From: Pseudomonadota bacterium
GTDB taxonomy: Bacteria > Pseudomonadota > Gammaproteobacteria > Burkholderiales > Burkholderiaceae_B
DNA: 25,138 nt
Assembly: GCA_021793875.1 (NCBI GenBank)
Contig: JAJYRX010000001.1
Span: forward strand, 1 to 25,138
Direction: 5' to 3'
The notes below the pieces were generated by a model, which did not search any database, was not told the origin of the DNA, and was given only the letters and a program-made list of their open reading frames with translations. The position numbers and the translations under genes were made by a program. Shown in pieces: positions 9,883-18,540 of this stretch; position 1 is the first letter of the stretch; the number at the start of each line of letters is the position of its first letter.

Positions 9883-10676
9883 GGCAAAACTTCTAGTATC
9901 GCCATTGTTCTGGCATCGGGTGTGCCGTCGTGCAGCTCGGGTCTGTAGTGCATCTGAAATGCACGCAATACGTTAACGGTTTCCTTGTCTAAGACTCCAG
10001 ATGATGGTGTTGCGTAGCCCAAGCGCCTTAGCTGTGACTGTATCCATTCAGCATCTGGAAGGTTATCGCTTTCCAGAAACCTAAGCTCTGCCTGTCGGAC
10101 AGCGTCTTCGTTATACCAGCGGCCAATTCCTTGTTTTGCTAACTGCTGCCATGGAAACGCAGGGCCTGGGTCCTGCTTTCTTTGCGGTGCTATGTCGCTA
10201 TGCCCAACTATGTTTTTTGGGTCTATATTGTGGCGTCTTGCTATATCTTTAACCAGTTTTGCAACAGCGTTTATTTGTTCATCTCCGTAGGGTTCCCAGT
10301 CACCGTTTGTGGGGCCTTTGTTTACTATTTCTATTCCTACGGATACAGAGTTAATGTCGTAATACTTATACCAGCTGCCAACCCCTGCATGCCAGGCCCT
10401 ACGATTCTCGTCTACAAGCCTATATACCTTGGGGGATGGGTCGTTGGTAACAAGGTAGTGGCTGCTTACCTCACCGGTTGTTAATATGTTTAACGACCTT
10501 GCAGTGTTACTTACTGTGTAGTGGAGTACTATTATTTTTACTCTGCTGTTATGGTTTTCTGAATTCAGCTTAACCAGTTTGTAGCCTCCAGGAGCACGGT
10601 TGGCACAAGCAGACAAAACCACTGCAAATATTAAAGTTAGTAATAGCCTGTGGTTGTAGAACATATACCTAAGCAA
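9879..10676 (-). CDS. amiD: AmiD-like lipoprotein N-acetylmuramoyl-L-alanine amidase (Amidase_2 plus peptidoglycan-binding domain, 265 aa)
   Basis: Lipobox LSAC after a hydrophobic stretch; IVLHYT, SSHYLV, RAWHAG, SVGIEIVN, GHSDIAPQRKQDPGP (His/His/Asp Zn ligands); C-terminal LRRLGY...LRAFQMHYRP. TTG start with GGAGG just upstream. The symbol is by family resemblance. Confidence 0.85.
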   Translation of the reverse strand: MLRYMFYNHRLLLTLIFAVVLSACANRAPGGYKLVKLNSENHNSRVKIIVLHYTVSNTARSLNILTTGEVSSHYLVTNDPSPKVYRLVDENRRAWHAGVGSWYKYYDINSVSVGIEIVNKGPTNGDWEPYGDEQINAVAKLVKDIARRHNIDPKNIVGHSDIAPQRKQDPGPAFPWQQLAKQGIGRWYNEDAVRQAELRFLESDNLPDAEWIQSQLRRLGYATPSSGVLDKETVNVLRAFQMHYRPELHDGTPDARTMAILEVLP

Positions 10677-10697
10677 AATCTCCTCCAGCTCATTGGG

Positions 10698-11426
10698 TTA
10701 GTTTGCCAAAAATAAAAATAGGCAAGGTATTTTGTGCATGGGGGTAGGCTTGCCTCTTTTTCGCCACTGATCAACCGTTAATGTTTGTATCAACTGTTTT
10801 GGTGTGTGAAGGCCAAGTGCAATGCTTAATTTAGTAGCTGGGTTTAGCGTTTTTATCAGACTATCCATGAATGCATCATTGCGGTACGGAGTTTCTATAG
10901 CTATTTGTGTCTGGTTTTGTTTTCTGGATATGTTTTCCCAAAGCTTTATCTGACGCTCCCTAGCGCTAGTGTCAACCGGAGCGTATCCATGAAAAGCAAA
11001 GCTTTGTCCATTTAGGCCGCTGGCCATTAACCCTAATATTATGGAAGATGGTCCGGTGTGTGGCATTACAGTAATGCCCATTGAATGAGCAATTTCAACA
11101 ATATTTGCTCCTGGGTCGGCAATGGCTGGGCATCCGGCTTCAGATACCAAACCTATGCTGTGTCCGCTGTTATAGGGCTCCAGCCATTTTACCAACTCTT
11201 CCTTTGTTGAGTTTTTTTCAATTGTTTTTATGTTTATGTCTCGTATGGCATGTGTAGTATTAATTTGTTTAAGAAATAACCGTGCTGTTTTTGCGTTCTC
11301 AGCAATGTAGTATTTAATGTTAGCCGCAATATTTTGCACATCGGATGGCAGCCATAGGTTGGTTGGTGCGGTACCCAGCTGTACGGGTATCAAGTGTAGT
11401 GCAGGTTTGCTATTGATATTGGTCAT
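10698..11426 (-). CDS. Tetrapyrrole-methylase-family SAM-dependent methyltransferase, RsmI-like paralogue (242 aa)
   Basis: LHLIPVQLG, IAENAKTARLFL, GLVSEAGCPAIADPG, GPSSIILGLMASGLNGQSFAFHGY, IETPYRN. Divergent from canonical RsmI; substrate unknown. Confidence 0.82.
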   Translation of the reverse strand: MTNINSKPALHLIPVQLGTAPTNLWLPSDVQNIAANIKYYIAENAKTARLFLKQINTTHAIRDINIKTIEKNSTKEELVKWLEPYNSGHSIGLVSEAGCPAIADPGANIVEIAHSMGITVMPHTGPSSIILGLMASGLNGQSFAFHGYAPVDTSARERQIKLWENISRKQNQTQIAIETPYRNDAFMDSLIKTLNPATKLSIALGLHTPKQLIQTLTVDQWRKRGKPTPMHKIPCLFLFLAN

Positions 11427-12006
11427 AATTGTTATATGTTGTTGGGTTTATGCCCAGCTCCCGAAGCATGTTGCTTAGTTCTATTAACGGTAGGCCAATA
11501 ATTGCCGTTGGGTCATCTGATTTAATGCTTTGCATTATTGTTATACCAAGACTTTCAGCTTTAGCGCTTCCTGCGGTGTCAAACGGTTGATCAGCATTCA
11601 GGTAAGCATGTATCTCATGTTCAGACAGGTCGCGAAAACGGCATAATGTAATTATGTTGTTTGTAAGGGTGTTATGGCCATCAGTTACGCATATGGCACT
11701 ATTAAAAACAACCTCCTGCCCACTTAACCGCTTCAACTGTTCAAATGCGGCTTCAAAAGAGCCAGGCTTTCCTATTGCTGTTTGACCTATTGCTGCAACC
11801 TGGTCGCATCCAATCACAATTGCACCCTGATTCTTTGAGTAAACCTTACTTGCCTTGGCTTTTGCCAGCCTTAACGCCAGTTCATGCGGTAGCTCATTGG
11901 GTAGCTGTGTTTCATCTATATCGGGTGATTCTGTTGTGAAAGGTATACGTAGGCGTTCTAACATTTCCTTTCTATAACGAGAGCCGGATGCAAGTATCAG
12001 CTGCAT
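11410..12006 (-). CDS. yceF: Maf-family nucleotide pyrophosphatase, YceF subtype (198 aa)
   Basis: MQLILASGSRYRKEML, PDIDET, GCDQV, GKP, AGSAKAESLG, IIGLPL. The aromatic residue in SRYR, the Q in DQV and the position divergent from yceD indicate YceF rather than YhdE. Start at ATG 12006 with SD AGGA. Confidence 0.85.
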   Translation of the reverse strand: MQLILASGSRYRKEMLERLRIPFTTESPDIDETQLPNELPHELALRLAKAKASKVYSKNQGAIVIGCDQVAAIGQTAIGKPGSFEAAFEQLKRLSGQEVVFNSAICVTDGHNTLTNNIITLCRFRDLSEHEIHAYLNADQPFDTAGSAKAESLGITIMQSIKSDDPTAIIGLPLIELSNMLRELGINPTTYNNYDQYQ

Positions 12007-12056
12007 AGACTTTGTTCCTGTAAACACATTTGTATTTGCATTTATATGCTTTTAAG

Positions 12057-12086
12057 TTGACTGAAACAGTGAAGTTGGGCTAAATT
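12057..12086 (+). promoter_or_regulatory. Candidate sigma70 promoter for the yceD-rpmF-plsX-fab transcript
   Basis: TTGACT (12057-12062), 18-nt spacer, TAAATT (12081-12086). Confidence 0.45.
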
Positions 12087-12148
12087 CTTACGTTTCTTTG
12101 GTTGCCGCCTAAGGCATGGTTGGTTTTACTAGTATTTCAGGGGGTATT

Positions 12149-12682
12149 GTGACTAATAAAGCAGCAATATACGCTGATACCCTTGAACTTACCCGCTTGG
12201 GTAAGAAGCTAGAAGGTAGCACACCGGTTAAAAGTTTTGCAAGACTGGTGCAAGGTCTACCTGAGCAGCCTGAAACTAATGCCAAATGGATGTTGCAGGG
12301 TTTTAAAGACGATTTAGATCAGTCATTTATAGACGTTTCGGTTAATGCAGCCCCAGTGGTTGTTTGCCAGCGGTGCATGGGTAGTTTCGCCTTTGAGCTA
12401 AACACCAGTAGTCGGCTTAAAGTTGTAAAATCGGAATCAGATCTTAATCAGCCTGAGTACGAGGACGTGTCGCCAGAGGAATGGGACGAGCCGCTTTTGG
12501 CAACATCAAGGCTTGATGTGCTTGAGCTTATAGAGGACGAGCTAATACTTGCTTTGCCATTTGCGCCCAAACACGAAAGCTGTAGCTCGGAAGCGCTTGA
12601 TAAGGCGCAATCATTAAATGATGGTCTAACAGATCTTGATAAATCACCATTTAGTGTGCTGAGCCAGCTCAGGAAGAAGTAA
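12149..12682 (+). CDS. yceD: YceD/DUF177 family protein (177 aa; ATG 12116 is an alternative start)
   Basis: CQRC motif, LIEDELILALPFAPKHESC, C-terminal SPFSVLSQLRKK; directly upstream of rpmF. GTG 12149 follows AGGGG. Confidence 0.88.
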   Translation: MTNKAAIYADTLELTRLGKKLEGSTPVKSFARLVQGLPEQPETNAKWMLQGFKDDLDQSFIDVSVNAAPVVVCQRCMGSFAFELNTSSRLKVVKSESDLNQPEYEDVSPEEWDEPLLATSRLDVLELIEDELILALPFAPKHESCSSEALDKAQSLNDGLTDLDKSPFSVLSQLRKK

Positions 12683-12738
12683 TTTAATTATTTTTGGGTT
12701 TTCCATTGTTTTGTGGATTGCCCCTTACAGGAGTCATC

Positions 12739-12921
12739 ATGGCTGTTCAACAAACCAAAAAGAGCCCATCGCGTCGTAATATGCGTCGCGCTCACGACGC
12801 TCTTTCTAACCCTTCAGTTGCTATAGAGCCAACTACAGGTGAGCTTCACCTGCGTCACCACATAAGTCCAAATGGGTTTTATCGTGGGCGTAAAGTGGTT
12901 AACACACGTAACGACGATTAA
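12739..12921 (+). CDS. rpmF: 50S ribosomal protein bL32 (60 aa)
   Basis: [20 protein letters not shown]...[20 protein letters not shown]; SD AGGAG. The ORF-track start at 12694 is an over-extension. Confidence 0.96.
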   Translation: MAVQQTKKSPSRRNMRRAHDALSNPSVAIEPTTGELHLRHHISPNGFYRGRKVVNTRNDD

Positions 12922-12958
12922 TAACACTCATCATCGTCTTACGTTGTAGAACTAAGGA

Positions 12959-14038
12959 ATGTCTTCATTCAAGGTATGTATCGCCATCGACTGCATGGGT
13001 GGCGATCACGGGCTGCCGGTTACCGTTCCGGCGGCATATCAGTTTGCTCAATCTAACCCAGATACACGTTTTCTGTTGGTTGGAGATGCCAACCTGATAC
13101 AACAGCAGCTACGTGAGCTTAATGTGTCCTCGCACGAATGGTACGAAATAGTGCCAGCCAGCCAGGTGGTGTCAATGGATGATACCGTTGAGGTGGCGTT
13201 GCGCAGGAAAAAAGACTCATCAATGCGTGTTGCTGCACAAGCCGTTAAAGAGGGTAGAGCTGACGCTTGTATTTCTGCAGGCAATACGGGTGCATGGATG
13301 GCTATAAGCCGCTATGTCCTTAAAACTCTCGATGGCATTGATAGGCCAGCCATAGCAACTTCTATACCAAACCTGAAGGGTGGCGCCACTATAGTTCTCG
13401 ATTTAGGTGCTAATGTCGACTGTACAGCAGAAAATCTGCTGCAGTTTGCAATAATGGGCACAGCACTTTCAACTGCGTTAGACGGCAACCCAGAGCCTAG
13501 CGTTGGGTTATTAAATATTGGTCAAGAAGTAATAAAAGGAAATGAGACTGTTAAGCAGGCCGCGGAACTTTTGCGTGGCAGTAGCTTAAACTTCTATGGC
13601 AACGTTGAGGGTGACGACATTTGTAAAGGCACTGTAGATGTAATAGTGTGCGATGGTTTTGTCGGAAATGTGGTGTTGAAGTCAATAGAAGGTTTGGCTC
13701 GTATGGTTTCCGTTATGATGCGTGAAGAATTTACTCGTAATTGGTTAACCAAACTAGCTGCTATTGTGTCTAAGCCAGTATTAAGCCGTTTCCGCCGCCG
13801 CGTCGATAACAGGCAATATAATGGTGCAGCGTTGCTAGGCCTAAAAGGTATAGTTATTAAGAGTCATGGTTCCGCAGATACCTATGCTTTTGGGTGTGCC
13901 CTGCAAAGAACCCGAGAAGCAGTGTTGAATCAATTGTTAGACGGTACAGCTCAAACTATTACTCATTTAAGGCAAACATTAAATAAGGCGGCCAAGCAGA
14001 CTGCCCAACAGGCACTTGAACAAACTGACCCTGCATAA
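12959..14038 (+). CDS. plsX: Phosphate acyltransferase PlsX (359 aa)
   Basis: [74 protein letters not shown]. Confidence 0.95.
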   Translation: MSSFKVCIAIDCMGGDHGLPVTVPAAYQFAQSNPDTRFLLVGDANLIQQQLRELNVSSHEWYEIVPASQVVSMDDTVEVALRRKKDSSMRVAAQAVKEGRADACISAGNTGAWMAISRYVLKTLDGIDRPAIATSIPNLKGGATIVLDLGANVDCTAENLLQFAIMGTALSTALDGNPEPSVGLLNIGQEVIKGNETVKQAAELLRGSSLNFYGNVEGDDICKGTVDVIVCDGFVGNVVLKSIEGLARMVSVMMREEFTRNWLTKLAAIVSKPVLSRFRRRVDNRQYNGAALLGLKGIVIKSHGSADTYAFGCALQRTREAVLNQLLDGTAQTITHLRQTLNKAAKQTAQQALEQTDPA

Positions 14039-14062
14039 TTGCAGCAGCTAGGATGTAAAAAA

Positions 14063-15037
14063 ATGCAGTATGCAAAAATAATAGGTTCTGGTAGTTTTTT
14101 ACCACCAAGAGTGGTAGACAATAATGAACTAGCGGCAGAGCTAGCCTCTCGCAATGTGGAAACATCACATGAGTGGATTTTTACACGCACAGGCATAAGC
14201 CAACGGCATCTTGCCGACAACGGTGTCACTACTAGCCAGCTTGCAACCAAAGCAGCGCAAGCCGCAATTGCAGATGCTGGTATTAACGCATCTGATCTAG
14301 ACCTCATAATACTAGCCACTTCAACGCCCGATTACGTGTTCCCCAGTACCGCATGCCTTGTTCAAGCTAATATTGGTGCTAAAGGCGGTGCTGCATTCGA
14401 TGTTCAAGCGGTATGTAGTGGCTTTGTGTATGCTTTGGCAACAGCCGACGCATTCGTAAGGGCGGGTAGGGCTAAAACCGCTTTGGTAATTGGTGCCGAG
14501 GTCTTTTCAAGTATTTTAGATTGGTCAGATCGCAGTACTTGCGTACTGTTTGGCGATGGCGCTGGGGCCGTAGTGCTACAGGCCTCAAGTGAACCAGGCA
14601 TACTTTCAGCTCAACTAAATGCCGATGGCAGTCAAATGGGTGTGCTAAATGCTGCTGGTAATGTTTCCCATGGCAAAGTGGTAGGTGACCCATTCTTGCG
14701 AATGGATGGGCAAGCTGTTTTCAAGCTGGCTGTTACTGTTCTATCAGAGTCTGCAAAGCAAGTATCTGAACAGGCCGGAATAAGTCTTTCCAACATAGAT
14801 TGGCTAGTGCCTCATCAGGCTAACTTGCGAATAATAAATTTTTTAGGACGCAAGCTAGGGGTCCCAGAGTCTAAAGTTGTGGTGACCGTTGATAAGCATG
14901 CAAACACATCGGCTGCTAGTGTTCCGTTAGCGCTTGATGCCGCACGTCGCGATGGTCGCATAAAACCAGGTCAGCACGTTTTAATGCAAGGAGTAGGGGG
15001 CGGCTTTACTTGGGGTTCAGTTTTGGCCCGAATGTAA
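14063..15037 (+). CDS. fabH: 3-oxoacyl-ACP synthase III (324 aa)
   Basis: Catalytic QAVCSGF (Cys), PHQAN (His), HANTSAAS (Asn); GGGFTWG. Start at ATG 14063 with SD AGGA. Confidence 0.96.
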   Translation: MQYAKIIGSGSFLPPRVVDNNELAAELASRNVETSHEWIFTRTGISQRHLADNGVTTSQLATKAAQAAIADAGINASDLDLIILATSTPDYVFPSTACLVQANIGAKGGAAFDVQAVCSGFVYALATADAFVRAGRAKTALVIGAEVFSSILDWSDRSTCVLFGDGAGAVVLQASSEPGILSAQLNADGSQMGVLNAAGNVSHGKVVGDPFLRMDGQAVFKLAVTVLSESAKQVSEQAGISLSNIDWLVPHQANLRIINFLGRKLGVPESKVVVTVDKHANTSAASVPLALDAARRDGRIKPGQHVLMQGVGGGFTWGSVLARM

Positions 15038-15061
15038 AGCAAGTTTTCTATAGGGGTACAA

Positions 15062-15994
15062 ATGAAGGTAGCATTTATTTTTCCGGGACAAGGTTCCCAG
15101 TCTATAGGTATGTTTGATGCATGGAGCGATAATCACGCTGCTATGCAAACTATAAATCAGGCCAGTGATGCGCTTGGACAAGATCTGCTATCTCTAATGG
15201 CGAACGGTCCCGCAGAAGATCTAAACCTAACTACAAATACCCAGCCCGTTATGCTCGCGGCATCCATAGCTATGTATAACGCATGGATTGACGCTGGTGG
15301 CTTGGTTCCTGCAATGATGGCCGGCCACAGTCTTGGGGAATACACAGCACTAACGGCTGCAGGCACTTTAAATCTAAACGATGCAGTTCGTCTGGTTAGA
15401 ATTCGTGCCAATGCTATGCAAGAGGCTGTCCCTGTTGGCGAGGGGGCTATGGCTGCAGTATTAGGCCTTGATGATGACGCAGTAAGGGAAGTATGTAAGC
15501 AGGCTTCTAACGGTCAGGTAGTAGAGGCCGTAAACTTTAATGCGCCATCTCAGGTTGTTATTGCCGGGCATGCTGATGCAGTTGATCGTGCTTGTAAGAT
15601 TGCTACAGAAAATGGAGCCAGACGTGCTGTTGCGTTGCCCGTTTCAGCACCATTTCACTCAAGCTTGTTAGCGCCTGCTGCACGAGTGTTGGCTAAAGCA
15701 TTGTCCGATATGCATCTTAAAGAGCCTTCAGTTCCAGTAATAAATAATGTTGATGTGCAAAGCCCATCAAGTGTGTCTGATATAACAAATGCTCTTGAGC
15801 GTCAGGCATGGCATCCAGTGCGTTGGGTGGAAACTATACACGCTATGAAAAAACACGGTATAACCCATTTGGTTGAGTGTGGCCCGGGCAAAGTGCTTAG
15901 TGGCTTGACGCGCCGTATAGATCGTGATCTAGTAAGCTTATCAATATCAGATCCGGCCTCATTGCAGGCTACAATTGAAACACTACAAGGGTAA
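15062..15994 (+). CDS. fabD: Malonyl-CoA:ACP transacylase (310 aa)
   Basis: FPGQGSQ, TQP, GHSLGEY, NFNAPSQVV, VSAPFHS, ECGPGKVL. Confidence 0.96.
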   Translation: MKVAFIFPGQGSQSIGMFDAWSDNHAAMQTINQASDALGQDLLSLMANGPAEDLNLTTNTQPVMLAASIAMYNAWIDAGGLVPAMMAGHSLGEYTALTAAGTLNLNDAVRLVRIRANAMQEAVPVGEGAMAAVLGLDDDAVREVCKQASNGQVVEAVNFNAPSQVVIAGHADAVDRACKIATENGARRAVALPVSAPFHSSLLAPAARVLAKALSDMHLKEPSVPVINNVDVQSPSSVSDITNALERQAWHPVRWVETIHAMKKHGITHLVECGPGKVLSGLTRRIDRDLVSLSISDPASLQATIETLQG

Positions 15995-16001
15995 TTAGTC
16001 C

Positions 16002-16745
16002 ATGCAAGAAAAAGAACTTCAAGGTAAGGTGGCCCTGGTAACCGGCGCTACGCGTGGTATAGGCAAGGCAATCGCACAAGAGCTATCTAATCGTGGTGCA
16101 TTGGTTGTTGGCACAGCAACTTCACAGGCAGGAGCTGACTCAGTAAGCAGTATGCTGAACGAGTCTGGTGGACGTGGTGTTGTCCTCAATGTTAACGATG
16201 CTCAGGCATGTGAAGATCTGATTGCCGAGTTAAGTGGCTCCGATGGTGGCCCTCACATATTGGTTAATAACGCCGGTATTACCCGTGATAACCTTACAAT
16301 GCGGTTGAAAGATGAAGACTGGCAAGATGTAATAGATACAAACCTTTCAGCGGTATTTAGGCTGTCGCGTGCTGTAACCCGAAGCATGATGAAAGCCCGT
16401 TGGGGCCGAATAATCAACATAACCTCGGTTATAGGTCATAGTGGTAACCCGGGGCAAACTAACTATGCTGCGGCCAAGGCGGGTGTTGCTGGGCTCACAA
16501 GATCTTTGTCACGTGAGCTTGGAAGCAGAAATATTACTGTAAACTGTGTAGCGCCTGGGTTTATAGAAACAGATATGACAAGAGCACTTGATGAAAACCA
16601 AACAGCTGCGATATTATCCCAAATTCCCATGGGACGACTTGGCGCCGCAGCCGATATAGCAAATGCTGTTGCATTTTTGGCCGGGCCAGGTGCAGCATAC
16701 ATTACAGGTACTACCTTACACGTAAATGGAGGCATGTATATGTAG
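16002..16745 (+). CDS. fabG: 3-oxoacyl-ACP reductase (247 aa)
   Basis: TGATRGIG, VNNAGITRD, NYAAAK, VAPGFIETDMT, LHVNGGMYM. Confidence 0.97.
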   Translation: MQEKELQGKVALVTGATRGIGKAIAQELSNRGALVVGTATSQAGADSVSSMLNESGGRGVVLNVNDAQACEDLIAELSGSDGGPHILVNNAGITRDNLTMRLKDEDWQDVIDTNLSAVFRLSRAVTRSMMKARWGRIINITSVIGHSGNPGQTNYAAAKAGVAGLTRSLSRELGSRNITVNCVAPGFIETDMTRALDENQTAAILSQIPMGRLGAAADIANAVAFLAGPGAAYITGTTLHVNGGMYM

Positions 16746-16750
16746 TGTTG

Positions 16751-16784
16751 GAACAGTTGGCCCTGTCTGGGTTAAAATCTGTTC
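16751..16784 (+). other. Stem-loop immediately after fabG
   Basis: GAACAG/CTGTTC outer stem, 3-nt bulge, TTGGCCC/GGGTTAA inner stem (two G-U pairs on the plus strand), 5-nt loop; no U-tract. Confidence 0.45.
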
Positions 16785-16886
16785 AAACCGTATAATGTTC
16801 CGTCGCGGTTAGTGGTGTTAAAGCCATTTTCCAGTGCGGTAACGCTTTTTTATCATAGTCAGCACCAATAACCTCTTTGTTCTGGC

Positions 16887-16892
16887 TATAAT
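16887..16892 (+). promoter_or_regulatory. Possible internal -10 element for acpP-fabF
   Basis: TATAAT 30 nt upstream of acpP, with a second TATAAT at 16791-16796. Neither has a good -35. Confidence 0.3.
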
Positions 16893-16922
16893 TCGCTAGA
16901 TTTTCCCTAACTGGAGATATGC

Positions 16923-17162
16923 ATGGAAAGCATCGAACAGCGCGTCAAAAAGATTGTCGCTGAACAACTTGGCGTAAATGAAGCAGAAGTTAAAAATGAA
17001 TCATCCTTTTTAGATGACCTGGGAGCCGACTCGCTCGATATGGTCGAGCTAGTAATGGCTTTAGAAGATGAATTCGACACTGAAATTCCGGACGAAGAGG
17101 CCGAGAAAATAACAACAGTGCAGCAAGCTGTTGACTATATTGCTGCCAATAGCAAGTCTTAA
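16923..17162 (+). CDS. acpP: Acyl carrier protein (79 aa)
   Basis: [11 protein letters not shown] with the phosphopantetheine Ser; [16 protein letters not shown]; SD GGAG. Confidence 0.98.
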   Translation: MESIEQRVKKIVAEQLGVNEAEVKNESSFLDDLGADSLDMVELVMALEDEFDTEIPDEEAEKITTVQQAVDYIAANSKS

Positions 17163-17174
17163 GTTCAACAACAA

Positions 17175-17203
17175 GGTGCCCACGCAATTGGTTCGCGGGC
17201 GCC
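17175..17203 (+). other. GC-rich stem-loop just after acpP
   Basis: GGTGCCC/GGGCGCC stem extended by CG/CG and AA/TT pairs; no U-tract. Confidence 0.45.
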
Positions 17204-17298
17204 CTGGCGGTTTCGGGTATTGCAACGGTACTGTCTTACATCGTATGTATAGACGTTATGGTTATCCGGGCCGCCTTTATTATTTTTAGGAGTCATCC

Positions 17299-18528
17299 GT
17301 GAAACGACGTGTTGTCATAACCGGGCTTGGTATAGTGTCACCCGTGGGTAACAATATAGAGTCGGCCTGGAACAATATCGTTAACGGTCGCTCGGGTATC
17401 ACCCGTATAACTCGTTTTGACGCTTCTGGTCTTAACGCACAAATAGCGGGTGAAGTAAAAGATTTCGACGTCACGCAGTATTTATCTGCTAAAGACGCAA
17501 AGCAAATGGATACTTTTATCCATTATGGCTACGCTGCCGGCGTACAGGCATGGCAAGATTCCGGCCTAGAGGTAACCGACAGCAATGCCGATCGCATAGG
17601 AGTCATTGTTGGTTCCGGTATAGGCGGTTTGCCTCGCATCGAAGAAACCCAGACCGAATATTTAAACCGTGGAGCCAGGCGTATCTCGCCATTCTTTGTG
17701 CCCGCATCCTTGGTAAATCTGGTGTCAGGTCAGTTATCAATAGGTCTTGGGCTTAAGGGTCCCAGCTATGCAGTCGTATCGGCCTGTACTACCGGTTTGC
17801 ACTCTATAGGCGATGCCGCACGTCTAATAGAATACGGTGATGCCGACATCATGCTAGCAGGCGGAGCAGAATCAACTGTTTCACCATTGGGTGTAGGTGG
17901 TTTTGCAGCTATGCGTGCCTTGTCCACTCGTAATGATGATCCTGCCACGGCTTCACGTCCTTGGGATACCGACCGTGATGGCTTTGTGCTAGGGGAAGGT
18001 GCTGGGGTGTTGGTTCTCGAAGAGTACGAGCATGCCAAGAAGCGGGGTGCGCGTATTTATGGTGAGTTTGTGGGCTATGGGTTAAGCTCCGATGCTCATC
18101 ACATAACCTCCCCAGATCAAGACGGTCCAAGGAGGGGCATGGTTAATGCCCTACGTAGTGCTAATATTAACCCCGAAGATGTTAATTATGTGAATGCACA
18201 CGGAACCTCTACTCCGCTTGGCGATATAAATGAAACCAAAGCGATTAGATTAGCCTTTGGTGATCATGCTAATAACCTAGTGGTGAACTCAACCAAATCT
18301 ATGACAGGGCATCTGCTAGGTGCAGCAGGTGGTATAGAGGCGGTATTTACTACACTTGCTGTTTATAATCAGGTATCACCACCTACAATTAATATTTTCA
18401 ATCAAGATCCAGAGTGCGATTTAGACTATTGCGCAAACGAAGCTCGTGATCTGCCAATTACATATGCACTTTCAAACTCGTTTGGTTTTGGTGGAACTAA
18501 TGGCACTATGATAGTTCGCAAAGTATAA
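17299..18528 (+). CDS. fabF: 3-oxoacyl-ACP synthase II (409 aa)
   Basis: SACTTG (Cys), NAHGTST (His), TGHLLGAAG (His), NSFGFGGTN; GTG start with SD AGGAG. Confidence 0.97.
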   Translation: MKRRVVITGLGIVSPVGNNIESAWNNIVNGRSGITRITRFDASGLNAQIAGEVKDFDVTQYLSAKDAKQMDTFIHYGYAAGVQAWQDSGLEVTDSNADRIGVIVGSGIGGLPRIEETQTEYLNRGARRISPFFVPASLVNLVSGQLSIGLGLKGPSYAVVSACTTGLHSIGDAARLIEYGDADIMLAGGAESTVSPLGVGGFAAMRALSTRNDDPATASRPWDTDRDGFVLGEGAGVLVLEEYEHAKKRGARIYGEFVGYGLSSDAHHITSPDQDGPRRGMVNALRSANINPEDVNYVNAHGTSTPLGDINETKAIRLAFGDHANNLVVNSTKSMTGHLLGAAGGIEAVFTTLAVYNQVSPPTINIFNQDPECDLDYCANEARDLPITYALSNSFGFGGTNGTMIVRKV

Positions 18529-18540
18529 GTAGACATATAA

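Noticed and set aside
12739-12921. bL32 lacking the CxxC zinc ribbon
   Set aside because: Zn-free bL32 is the usual form in beta- and gammaproteobacteria.
14890-14920. FabH motif HANTSAAS instead of GNTSAAS
   Set aside because: The catalytic Asn, His and Cys are intact; a single conservative change does not indicate new chemistry.
13048-18130. Antisense and alternate-frame ORFs across plsX and the fab genes
   Set aside because: All are short, fully nested in conserved genes, and lack independent signals.
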